DNA of 21,998 bases from Geosiphon pyriformis uo1 (taxonomy: Eukaryota; Fungi; Glomeromycota). Within the stretch, counting starts at the first letter, position 1; each line of letters opens with the position of its first letter. A program made the translations under genes and the position numbers. The stretch spans positions 1 through 21,998 of the forward strand of contig JAAOMT010000562.1 in the NCBI GenBank assembly GCA_016748015.1, given 5' to 3'. The notes below the pieces were generated by a model. It was given only the letters and a program-made list of their open reading frames with translations, was not told the DNA's origin and searched no databases. Of the stretch, positions 11,258 to 21,998 are shown in pieces.

Positions 11258-11858
11258 AATGATAATGATGATGAAGATAGTGATAACGATTATGAGACTT
11301 CAACTCTGAAAAATTCCTTCGTTCGTCTCAAGACCTAATATATCATAAAATTCTTGGCAGATCAACTGATCAGCATGCGCGACAATAGCTTACTAATAGG
11401 TATAAAATCTATTAGATCAATATGGCAAAAATTTAAACCTGATCTCCATTGGAACCCGGATACCGATTTTGTTGTTAATTATCTTATCTCAATTATTAAG
11501 CTATTCGAGATTAATGACAAATACAGAATTCCCCATTGTGAGAGAGGAAATGGTGGCAGAATTTGAGATGGAGATAAAAAATTCTAGAAAGAGAATTACA
11601 AATAGAGTCACCAAACTTACATCTTTAACCCTTTTGAGATATAGGTACGTCATTCATTGCGTTCTGAACAAAAAAAATTTATCCGAACTCAATATATTTT
11701 GTGACTTGACAAATTAACTGAAATTGTTGAAGGAAACATGCGTAATAATCATTCTTCTTGAACTGTTATGGAAAAACAATCTGTTTTTTAATATGACCAT
11801 TCTCTTGTACAGTGAGAGTGAAAGAAAAGCATCAAAGGTATGAAAAAGGTGTTTTAAA

Positions 11859-14190
11859 GGCTAATAAAATAAATAACGTCCCAATTTTTTTGTTTAAACC
11901 CAATCATGTTGTATATTAAATTTCTATCATTTTTTTAATAAAACTTGATAAAAAAATTTATTATTTTTTTCCAATATCAAAGTATAATAAGTGTTATTGA
12001 TATTTAAAAATATATTTATTCATATTATGCTGTTTACTTTTCAATGTGTGAATATCAAAAAATTCAATTAATTCAATATAATAATGAAAGTATTTTATAA
12101 ATTAAATATGATAATGTAAAATAAAATTTACTTAATATATATATATTTATATGATTTGCTTTAAAAAAAATCAATTGAAAAATAAAATAAAGACATATTT
12201 TAAAATAATTTATTAATTAAAACAATCTATTAAAATAGTTTTTAAAAAGTTGTTAAGTTTTAATTAATCTATGCTTTTAAGCAATAATTTAAATAATTTA
12301 ATTAACAATAAATTTATTTTTTTAAAATTTTCATTGCATGTAAATAAATTTCATTCAATAGAAATAACACAGAAATATTAAATATTATTTTTAAAATTTA
12401 TTAATTGTAATATTATTATTAAAATATTGCTATGTTCTATTCTTTTATTTATTTTTATAAAAATTTTATAATTAAAAAAAATTTTAAATTTTTTTTTAAT
12501 TGCTGTGATTGTAATCAACTATAACTAATTTACAATACAAATTTAAAAAATTATTTTTAAAATAATATTCGATTGAATAAAACTACCTGTTATGCAAATT
12601 TTTAATGATAAACATAATTTCTGTTTATATATAAAATAACGCTTTTTTTATCTTTCTTAAAATATTACTTAAAATGCTTTTAAATAGCACTTTTTTAAAA
12701 AATAAAATTAAATGAACTATTTATTATGTTATACTTTGTTTATTTATAAAAGATAATATATTTTTAATTCTTTAATTAAATTTTGTCAAAATTATCATTA
12801 AAAAAGTTATTGTTATGGGTAAAGGACGATCACGAGAATTCTGAATTATTCTTGACCATCAGCCAGCTTACTAATTCGGTTAGTAAGCTGCTTTTGAATA
12901 TAAAGGAAGGTCGTTCTTAGTTCCCTTAAGTAGATCAACACCAGTTGTGGGTTAAACTCCTTTGTTTAGTTCTCGTTTTCCCATTTGACTCTTGTTAATC
13001 CCTTTAATCATAACAGTAATATTTAAAAATCAAACAAAAGACATTTGTAATAAATATATTTTATGTTTAAATTATAATTAATGAAAATGAAAAATAAAAA
13101 TTAATTGTAATGTTGATTAATCCTTTGTTTTGTTAAAATTAATGAAAGAATTTAATAATTAAATTTTTTTGTATTCAAAATTAACTGTTGTCACATTATT
13201 TATTAATACTTTAATACATTTAAAAAATTTATTGTGTAAAACAAGTAATATTAAAAGTTTATTATTTTATAAATAGGTTAACCTTAAAAACCTTAAACCC
13301 AAATTTACTTTAAATAAATACCAAAAAAAAGGTGTAAAATAGATATCGAACAATTTTATTAATTTATTATTTATAATGTATAAACAATTTTTTCATATTT
13401 TTTGTAATAAATTAGCTCAAAAATTAATGGTGGCTGATTATGTAAAGGAAAAATCATGAGCTGTATTTAATATGGAATATTTGCATGTTGGATGCATTTA
13501 AATAACAGTTGAATTACATCATATATTTAAGCAGTAAAATATTTAATCAAAACTACTTTATGATTTGTTATTATAATAAATATATTGAATAAAAAATACT
13601 AATCTTGAATCATAATATTCACTAACTATAATATAAAATTTTATTAATTGTATATCAATTACAAATTTTTAGATTTCTTTAATTATTAAATATTAATATA
13701 TTAAATTTATGTTTATTTTCTTAGCTTTAATTATTTTTAATAGAAGAATTTGATAAATTATTTTCATGAAATAGAAAGGTTATTGTTAAATAATTCTTAA
13801 AAATAAAATCTGGTTAATTTAAAAATAAAATTTATATTTGTAATGAATTTAGCCACATAGATCAAACTAAGTTACCCAGAAATATTCAAAAAGGCAAAAA
13901 TTTTTCTTGGGCAATAAATTCTATTATAATAATATTATTGAAATTGAGTGGAATATTTTTAATGCTCTATAAGCTAGTATATGTGTACAGCATATATAGA
14001 ATTTATATATAGATTTCAATAAAGTTATCCTACAGATTTAATTTGTATTTAAACTATTCCAATGAAAATATCAAACCAACACATAGCTCTAAAAAGCCTA
14101 AACTAAAGAATTTTAAAGGCTTTGGATTAGGATATTTTGTCAAAAAATTTATTTGAAATAATAAATTATATTTTAAAATTTTAAATAAAT
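11859..14190. mobile_element. Extremely AT-rich block, probable decayed transposon relic
   Basis: Abrupt composition change starting at GGCTAATAAAATAAAT (11859), which resembles the GGCCTAATAAA terminus of the 4-kb element. It hosts a solo LTR insertion. No partner TIR or ORF found; right boundary approximate. Confidence 0.3.
12811..13015 (+). mobile_element. Solo LTR (205 bp) of an LTR retrotransposon
   Basis: Perfect 7-bp inverted termini TGTTATG...CATAACA. 5-bp TSD GTTAT (12806-12810) / GTAAT (13016-13020), 4/5 identical. TATAAA at 12899-12904 is the basis for the strand call. Sharply higher GC than the flanks. Confidence 0.8.
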
Positions 14191-15619
14191 ATTCCTTCGG
14201 AATATAGTGTCAAGTACAAAAATGATAAAAATCTTGGTATATGTCGCATTTTGGAAGCCTGGAACAGTGATATTGGTTCTTATCTTTAACTTTATCAAGA
14301 TAGCATAAATTATAATATATAAGCGTATTAAAGTGCTGTTCAAATGAATGGCGCTGTGAAATATTATTGCAGCCTCTTTGAGGTAAAATATGACACAGTA
14401 TATAATAATAAAATGTTTGATAGGCTAAAGTTTAATAGTAATATTTACACTGTCTTATAATAGATTATTAACTAGAATCTTTCTAAAAAAAGAATGTACA
14501 CTGATTTTACTGTTTTATCAAACAATATTTTCTCTGATGTTATAGTATATATTAAAAATCTTACCACATATTTTTGTAAAAAATAAAAGATGTTTTGTTG
14601 CATTTCATAATCAATTTTATTAATTAGACACCTACAATAAATCATTTTATTAAAGCTACTTTCCTTTTGTGGCAGCCATATCCAATTGAAATTAAAAACA
14701 AATAAAATGTTACTTATTCTGATGAATCTTATTAAATAATTTATTTTATTTTTAAAATTAATAGGACTAAACCCATTCTGAGAAAAAGTATACCCTGTAA
14801 AGAATTGTTGTGTCAAGCCAAATAATAGAATTATTGTAGTTAATTTTTTTGAAAACACATTAATCAATTAGATAAGATTATTTTTTATAGCTAATAATAA
14901 TTTTGTGCGAATTCATAGAAATATATAAAAATTTAAAAACAGGTAAATATTTTGAGTTTTTTGTTAATTCGTTCATTTATTTTGTTTGAATGTTTTAAAA
15001 AGAAAAAAAGCATCTATGAAGACAAAAAGCTTTATTATTTGTTTTTCTAATAGAAAATTCCAACATTGCTATTGAACTAAAATACATAATAATGTTTTGT
15101 TAATTCAGACCACCCTAATTGAGCTTTTTCATTTGACTAAAAATTTTTTAAACTTAATAACCAAAAGAGATTTTTAAAACCACCTAAAAATCAATCCTAA
15201 TTCGAGTTGAAAGAAATCATATTAAAATTATTGTTTACAAACCAGATAAATCAAAATCAGAATCAACAGGCAGGAAATATTACGACTTGAAATTTCTTCA
15301 ACAAGTGATTCTAAAAATCCTATTGAAATTGCAAATGACCTTGATACAATTATCAAAAATAGATATTTAACGGCTATTAGCATTTATTTAAATAGAAATT
15401 TTTTAAATGAGACTTTCAGGTTACAAGTCAAATGTGGATGAACATAATTTAATCTTCAAGAATGATTTCTATAAAATTGCATACAATCAAATACTTATTT
15501 CTTTAGCCAATCTTAGAAAGAAAATAAATTTTATCTAATTGCAATTGCTATTATTGCATTAATATTAATAGCTCTATACCTATAGGAAAAACTTCGAGAT
15601 ATTTATCTTTTTTGCAGCT

Positions 15620-16250
15620 GTTTTAAAATAATCAATTGATCAAAACACTTATACCTATGATATCATTTCTATAATGAATCTCGAATACAAAGATTGTAAT
15701 GAAGTTTGCCCAGAAGAAGGCATGCAAAATATTTATTGACAAATTTTTATTGTACAAGGTGGAAAGATAAATTATGAATTACACAGAATAAAGCTTATGA
15801 AACCTTATTCAATTCATTCTTCTTGTATAGTTCATTGTGACCGACACTCAAACAACATTCTAAAATTTTAGAAAAGTGTCAGTATTGAAGATCTGGAATT
15901 ATGTTAATATACAAACCATGAAACAACAAAACAAGAAAAGTACCAAAGAGAAAAAAATATATGAAGTAATTATATACATTTAACAAGATGTTTTGAGAAG
16001 TAAAAAGTTTACAATGACTGGTGATATTTTATAGTTTTTGCCATGTTATTATGATATTTAACAACAGAAAGCCTCCTTTTTTATGATTATTTTCATGGAA
16101 ATACTATATTTAATATTGTTTTTAAGAGTATTAGACCTCAAACTGCCTCCTCCTTATTCCATTTTGTATTGCTAAAATAAGTTTAAAGTGTTGGGATGTT
16201 AATTTTAAGAATTGTCCTACTACAGAAAATATTGGGAGACTTGGAAAGAT
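15620..16250 (+). pseudogene. Tyrosine-kinase-like (TKL) protein kinase pseudogene
   Basis: Subdomains appear in order through frameshifts and stops: IVMKFAQ; KYLLTNFYCTRWKDKL*; SIHSSCIVHCDRHSNNIL (HRDLHSGNIL); VSIEDLELC (IGDLGLC); KIYEVIIYI*QDVLRSKKFTMTGDI/YSF/AMLL*; RPQT/LIPFCIAKISLKCWDVNFKNCPTT. Weaker N-terminal traces may extend back to ~14990. Confidence 0.85.
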
Positions 16251-16930
16251 ATTGGGGAGTCTACAGATGAAAGCGCCAGGGATAAAAAAATTTATCATAA
16301 AAAAATCTAAAACTAAGAATCTTTGAAATGGAACAGTTTAAAGAAAAAGAGAAAAATATTTAAAGAAATGGTAAAAACAAAGTGATAGCGAATTATTCAA
16401 TTATAGCAACAGCAACAACAAATAACAACAACAATAAACATTCATCCAGGATTTTATACAAGTCGTCTTTTAACCTTGCAAATAATCGAAGAAACAAAAA
16501 GTTATTTTATCTAATTAGTAGAGTTTTTATATTAATCAATTCATTGATTGATTTAATTATTATACAGTATATAAAAATTTATTATAACTTTTTAAAAGAA
16601 TAAGTCTATTTGCTTAAAGATAAGAAATTGGACAAAATTAATAGCAAAATTGTATGCAATTATTTACATTTATTATATTTAGACAAATCTTTAATAGATT
16701 AGTCATCTTCATGTAAATAATTATTATTTTAAATTACTTTTTTAAGTGATATATTTTTATAATATATAATTAATATTAGATATAAAGTTTATAAGACTAA
16801 ATTTGAATATGTTAAAATATATTCTTTTATTAATTTATTATAATGGGTATTCACTCACCCCTAAAATGGTTTTCAGAGTTTGATGGTTTATTCGTTGACT
16901 TAATCCAAGTATTCAATATCGATCATGTCT

Positions 16931-17260
16931 AATTATAGGATTGGTGACCTATAATTCTCAACTCTCTCCAGTCTAAAGACATTTTTGGTATTGTTCAATA
17001 CCTATCACCCAAAATCTTTAGCTTATCGTCTCACACCAAATATAGCAACAATTACAGTTTTGTCATCATTTTTTGGAAACGATTTCAGAGGAAAGACTTC
17101 AGAATTATTTTAAAAATTTTATATACGAATAATTTGTGGAAAGCGTCCTATAGCCGAAAAGCATACACCTCAATGCATTTAAGAAATGATTCAAAAAATT
17201 AGCATCAGAATCTGGATTATTGTGATAAGTTATAGAAGTCGATTAATCTTAGGAACTCAA
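16931..17260 (+). pseudogene. TKL kinase C-lobe fragment (same subfamily as the kinase at the right edge)
   Basis: IGDL*FS / KDIFGIVQYLSPKIFSLSSHTKYSNNYSFVIIFW / IICGKRPIAEKHTPQCI*EMIQK/N*HQNLDYC / YRSRLI. Aligns with QCIQKIIEKNWQYDSYCRD...YKSQLI at 21998-21800 (minus). Confidence 0.8.
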
Positions 17261-18029
17261 ACCCTATAATAAAATTTACATTGCAATAATTTTTTGGTTA
17301 AGATGATTTAAAAATAATTATTTTTGATTCTTCTGATTGAGAAAGTTATATTCTTTATTTTTTGATTTTCTATTCTTTTGAGAACTAAACTAAAATTTCT
17401 TTCATAGGTAACTATTAAGGATATATATTTTTATCATTAGATATGTCAACGCGTTAATCGTTACACCAAGCTAAAAAAGAAATTCAATAAGCAGACTCTT
17501 TCTTTAATAAATAAAAGGATAAAATTATTTTCATAATATTGATATTTTAAGATTTCAAAAAGACTATTTCCAAGATATTATTGACAATAACCGGATTCTT
17601 GGCTACTTACGTTATTACTCAATTATGTGGAGGATATTAAAAGTTTTAACTTTTAAATTCCTTTATATTAGTTCAAGTAAAAGAAATCTACAAAGAGGTG
17701 TTTTTCAAAATTTTATATTGAATCTTTGAAAACCTGTTTTCGATATTCAAAACAGATTTAAATAATAGTATGCTCCATGAGAATTTGGGTTTTTTGGGTA
17801 CGATATTTAGTTAGTAAAGAAAAGCTCTTAATCAAATATATTGAACTCCATTGTGGTTTAGTCTTTCAATGAACATTTAAATCGCTAATTTTGAAAAAAC
17901 CTATATAATCAAAAAATAAAGATAAGAAATTCGCAAACAGTAGCAATTTCCATAAGTAAACAAAAATAGAAAAATATATTTTGTACTATTATAAATTATA
18001 AATCGTTGTATTAAAAAAGTTTAAGTAAT

Positions 18030-18711
18030 TCACTAGGAAGTAGAAAATATTTTTGTCTTTAAATTAACTTTGTAATACTACTTTGTTCATGTTTTTGATT
18101 ATTTTCGTTCTAAAATAGAATTTGTCTTCTCTTCCAACTACTTTTTTGACAACACCAAATTCTCTTCTTTCCACCTTATCTAAAATTTCAATATCGTTGG
18201 GGAAATTTATTACAGGTAGCCTCTGTAGATTTCAGAAATTTTCTGCATTTAAGCGATATACTGATTAATATTATCGTATATGTTCCCGACTCTTTAAAAA
18301 TAGTGAATATTCACAAGATTTACACCCAAAGTGAATCTTTTAATGCACTATAGCATTCTGAATATTTCGGCAATCCCGCTTCAAAGATATTATCACTTTT
18401 AGCAGTGTTACAAAATGGGAAATATAGGAGATTCACTAATGATTATACCCGAGTTGCCACATTTCAGATACTTCATCTGAAAGCTGAATAAAGAAAGCTT
18501 CAAAATCTAAAAATTATCCTTTGGAGTTATCTAGACACGTAAAACCTCGATTTAGGAATTGTAAACTGATCCTAATATAAATTAGGAAAATCATTTTAAT
18601 AACTTAATTTATTTGTATATGATTTTAAGTAGAGTTCAAATGCTTTTTTTTAAGTTTTTATTGTTCCCTATCCATTTTGATAATACGTTCCAAGTTTATT
18701 TGGTGGACTCG
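18030..18711 (-). pseudogene. Decayed continuation of the Sel1 gene: extra Sel1 repeat, CxxC...WCxxC linker and kinase N-lobe
   Basis: [25 protein letters not shown] (18701-18620); PKYSECYSALKDSLW/CKSCE (18370-18310); DNINQYIA*MQKISEIYRGYL**IS; DIEILDKVERREFGVVKKV (18197-18140, degraded GxGxFGxV); NKVVLQ. This order matches the cysteine-rich pre-kinase segment of Glomeromycotina TKL kinases. Confidence 0.7.
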
Positions 18712-18725
18712 GATTTCTCAATTTC

Positions 18726-19961
18726 TCAATTTCTCGTTATTCCCAATCCACTATGAAAAATAAGTTTAAGATTGTATTTTGCCATTTTATTTCCTGCCTT
18801 TGCTGCTTTTAAATAAAGTTTTAATGCGTTTGCCAGATTCTTTGTTGTTCCCCATCCATTCTGATAAAAAAGTCCAAGATCCAATTGTGCATTTTTATCT
18901 CCTGCCTCAGCTGCTTTTAAATAGAGTTTAAATGCTTTTTCCAGATTTTTCGTTGTTCCCCATCCATATCGATAGCAAATTATAAGATCGTATTGTGCTT
19001 TTCTATGTCCTGCCTCTGCTGCTTTTAAATAGAGTTCAAATGCTTTTTCGTCATTTTTCGTTGTTCCTTTTCCATGTCGATAACAAAGTGCAAGATTGTA
19101 TTGTGCGTTTGTACGTCCCGCCTCTGCTGATTTTGAATAGAGTTCAAATGCTTTTTCCTCATTTTTCGTTGTTCCCCATCCTTTTAGATAACATGAGGCA
19201 AGATTAGTTTGTGCAAGTAAATTTCCCCCCTCTGTTGCTTTTAAATAAAGTTCAAATGCTTTTTCATTATTTTTCGTCGTTCCCCATCCATTTCGATAAC
19301 AAAGTCCAAGACTGTATTGTGCACTTGTATGTCCCGCCTCTGTTGCTTTTGAATAGAGTTCAAATGCTTTTTCCTCATTTTTAGTCGTTCCCCATCCACT
19401 TAAATAACAATGTCCAAGACCGTATTGTGCATTTGTATTAACCTCTGCTACTTTTGAACAGAGTTCAAATGCTTTTTCCTCATTTTTCGTCGTTCCCCAT
19501 CCATTTCGATAACAAAGTGCAAGATTGTATTGTGCATTTGTATCTCCCGCCTCTGCTGCTTTTGAATAAAGTTTAAATGCTTTTCCTCGATCTTGTGAAG
19601 TACCGATTCCATTATTATAACAATATCCTAAGAAGAATTGTCCAAAAGAATCTTCTGCGTTTGCTGCTTTCTGATATTCTAAAAATGCTTTTGCTACATT
19701 AGGAACAGTTCCAATTCCATGTTCTAAAGAAAATCCGAGTATAATATGGTCTATCGAATGCTTTATACTTTTATTTTTCAAACAATTAAATAAGTCTTCA
19801 GGTTTTTTCTGATTGCGGATCAGATATTTTTTCACCAAGTCAGCAACTTTTGCATATTCACTAACTGGAAAAAGGGCCAAACTTTCTTTGATGACAATCG
19901 ATGCTCCTTCAAGCCATTCGAGAGGGGCTGTTTTCTTTTGAATTGATGAAGTTGAAGACAT
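18726..19961 (-). CDS. Sel1-like repeat (SLR/TPR, HCP-like) protein, 411 aa, nine full repeats plus a partial tenth
   Basis: Intronless ORF; the first ATG is at 19961 (the track's 20060 start is TTG). 36-aa units [33 protein letters not shown]. No obvious signal peptide or TM segment. Confidence 0.92.
   Translation of the reverse strand: [411 protein letters not shown]
18790..19545 (-). repeat. 108-bp intragenic tandem repeat (7 highly similar Sel1 units; one is 105 bp)
   Basis: Recurring AGAGTTCAAATGCTTTTT...TTTTCGTTGTTCCCCATCC on the plus strand at ~108-nt spacing. Confidence 0.9.
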
Positions 19962-21661
19962 GATTTTCAAGCAACAAAATATATTATCAAACCTTGAATA
20001 TTTGTATGGGGAAAGAAGGATTTCTAAAGCGTTCGTCTTGCTAATAAATAAGGATTTCAACCTACAATCACATTCCCGAAAAGGCTAGGCCTTCAAGAAA
20101 TCTGAAACTCTGAAAATAGGCGCCTACTTCATTCTCTGAGTTACAGCGCTTAAACGGATAGAAGATCAAAATGGTAAAAAGGCTGCTTTTCATTGTCTTA
20201 TAACTATTTTAGTTTTAGTAAGATTTTTTCGCCTCACAATCTAAATGCATAATCTAATTATCAGGTCATATGATTATCTTAAATCTTAGTGAGTCGATAA
20301 AAACCAGTTCAATTGAATCATTATTTAGAAACTGCTTTTTTATCTGTTTTGAGGGTTTTTTATCTCAAATCTCTTGGCAAATACTGTATATAAGCTTTTC
20401 AAGAAATTTTTTAGATATCATATGTAATGGTTAATATTTGAATATTTTCATAATAAAAAAATCTAATTATAAAAGTAGATTCTTGTACATCTTTGCCTTG
20501 AGATAATGTATTTTTGAAATATAACCAAATTAAAATCTTGTATGAAATTATATATATTGGACATTACTCTGGAAAATAAAAAAATATTTACTCAAAGTTC
20601 TAGAATATGGATAAAATCTGAGAACAGCTTGATTCAAAATTCTTAACCTTTTAAACTTGAAGTTTGATAATTTATTTTTACTTAATAATCCTACAACATT
20701 ATGCATAATTTCTATTAGAATCAATTTTAAAATAATAAATCTCGCCATTTTCAAATTGAAGCATTATAAATAAAAAATTCTTTGGCTGATATGTTTTAGG
20801 AATAAATTGATTCTTTCCAGTTAAACCAGGAATAAAAAATAAATTAAAATGAGAAAGACTGGAGAATCGATGACTTATAAAAAACCCAATTGATATGAAG
20901 CAAAATTTTAAAGAAATTAGAACAAAACATATTGGTTTCTTCTAAGTTTGTGAAGCTATGAAAAACATTAAATCTTATTGTTAAAAATAACTAAGGTCTC
21001 ATTTTCAATCAATGAAAACAATCCTATTTTGGTGAGGAATAATTCCAAGTCTATTAGTGCACTTTCTTAAAAATACCTGTCTAACTAAAATTCAATTTAT
21101 ATATTTACATGTGCCAATATATCAATTTTCTCAAAAACTTGAGAATTTCATTAAATTCTTAAAGCCGGCATAATTAAGAGTACAGAAATTTTATATTGCA
21201 AACTTTTTGGTTAACAGTTTTCAAAATTTGAAATTTTATATACAATGAATTTGCAAAGTCAATTTAAAAAGTTTTCTCCCTAGACATTTTCAGACTCAGA
21301 AAGGAGTAGTCTAGAATAATCTCTGAGATAGGGCTAGCTATTGTTTTAAACACGTAATTAAACTTTTTTGAGATTATTATCTTTAATTAAAACCCTCAAC
21401 ATTTGATGAAATTTTTTTTTGATTCATATGTGTGAATTTCTTATAAAATATATATTCGGGGAAATTGATCTCTATTTATTCATACATTTTGCTTAAGTTT
21501 CAAATTTGAAAATTTTTTACTATATACAAATAACTTTTTAAAAAACAGGGTTTTTGTTTCTGAAATAATTTGAATTTTACATCTCTAATATTAAGAGCCA
21601 TTCTTCATCTATAACGAAATCTAAAAAGTTTTTTCGATAAACATGTAAATGACTGATTTGG

Positions 21662-21998
21662 TCAATGTATATTTATCATATAACTGATGCTAATAGCACA
21701 ATCCAGATCTGGAAAAAAAACGTTTAAATTAAAAAATTTCTTTAACCATTAAAATATGATAAATGAAAGTCTTACCACTCATTGAAAATGTAGAGTTTGA
21801 GATTAATTGACTTTTATATCTTGTCGAATCATGTTGAGCTCCTTCTATCTCTTCGGTATTAAGCCTTTTCTCACGGACGGGTTCATTTAAGTTACAGTTA
21901 TCGCGAGCAGCAATAACTCTTTGTTGAAGTTCTTCTGCACTATCACGACAATACGAATCATATTGCCAATTTTTTTCAATTATTTTCTGAATACATTG
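21662..21998 (-). CDS. 3' end (last two exons) of a TKL protein kinase gene, partial at window edge
   Basis: Open exon 21998-21776 QCIQKIIEKNWQYDSYCRDSAEELQQRV...HDSTRYKSQLISNSTFSMS (subdomain XI plus YxSxL tail). GTAAGA...CAG intron 21775-21709. Final exon DLDCAISISYMINIH* 21708-21662. Confidence 0.8.

Noticed and set aside
11354-11717. Two overlapping plus-strand ORFs divergent from NmrA
   Set aside because: Non-ATG starts and no motifs; more likely promoter or intergenic sequence.
14188-14206. ATATTCC-TTC-GGAATAT hairpin as a Helitron 3' end or terminator
   Set aside because: Short AT-rich stem with no CTRR terminus at the expected distance.
18995-19207. 70-aa plus-strand ORF with internal repeat
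   Set aside because: Antisense shadow of the Sel1 repeats.
19962-20060. N-terminal 33 aa of the 444-aa ORF
   Set aside because: Starts at TTG; in a eukaryotic gene the first ATG (19961) is the likely start.

Overview
AT-rich eukaryotic DNA with short GT-AG introns (mostly 65-110 nt). The gene families present (Sel1-repeat proteins, tyrosine-kinase-like kinases, class 3 lipase, NmrA) point to a Glomeromycotina fungus, possibly Geosiphon/Ambispora-like; this is an inference. Intact genes: an 8-exon NmrA-like SDR (11257-9669, 312 aa, reconstructed by hand), an intronless Sel1-repeat gene (19961-18726, 411 aa) and the last two exons of a TKL kinase running off the right edge. The rest is decayed genes and mobile DNA. 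The pseudogenes are three kinase segments, a lipase-3, a BRCT plus unknown-domain multi-exon gene and an unassigned relic. The mobile elements are a 4-kb TIR-bounded relic with a nested 364-bp hAT MITE, and a 205-bp solo LTR. Three observations stand out. Both ends of the 4-kb element abut BRCT-gene sequence in opposite orientations. The Sel1 gene looks like a Sel1-kinase fusion cut short by an 8-bp triplication, with a kinase C-lobe lying inverted nearby. Pseudogene damage appears dominated by G:C to A:T changes, including non-CpG sites.
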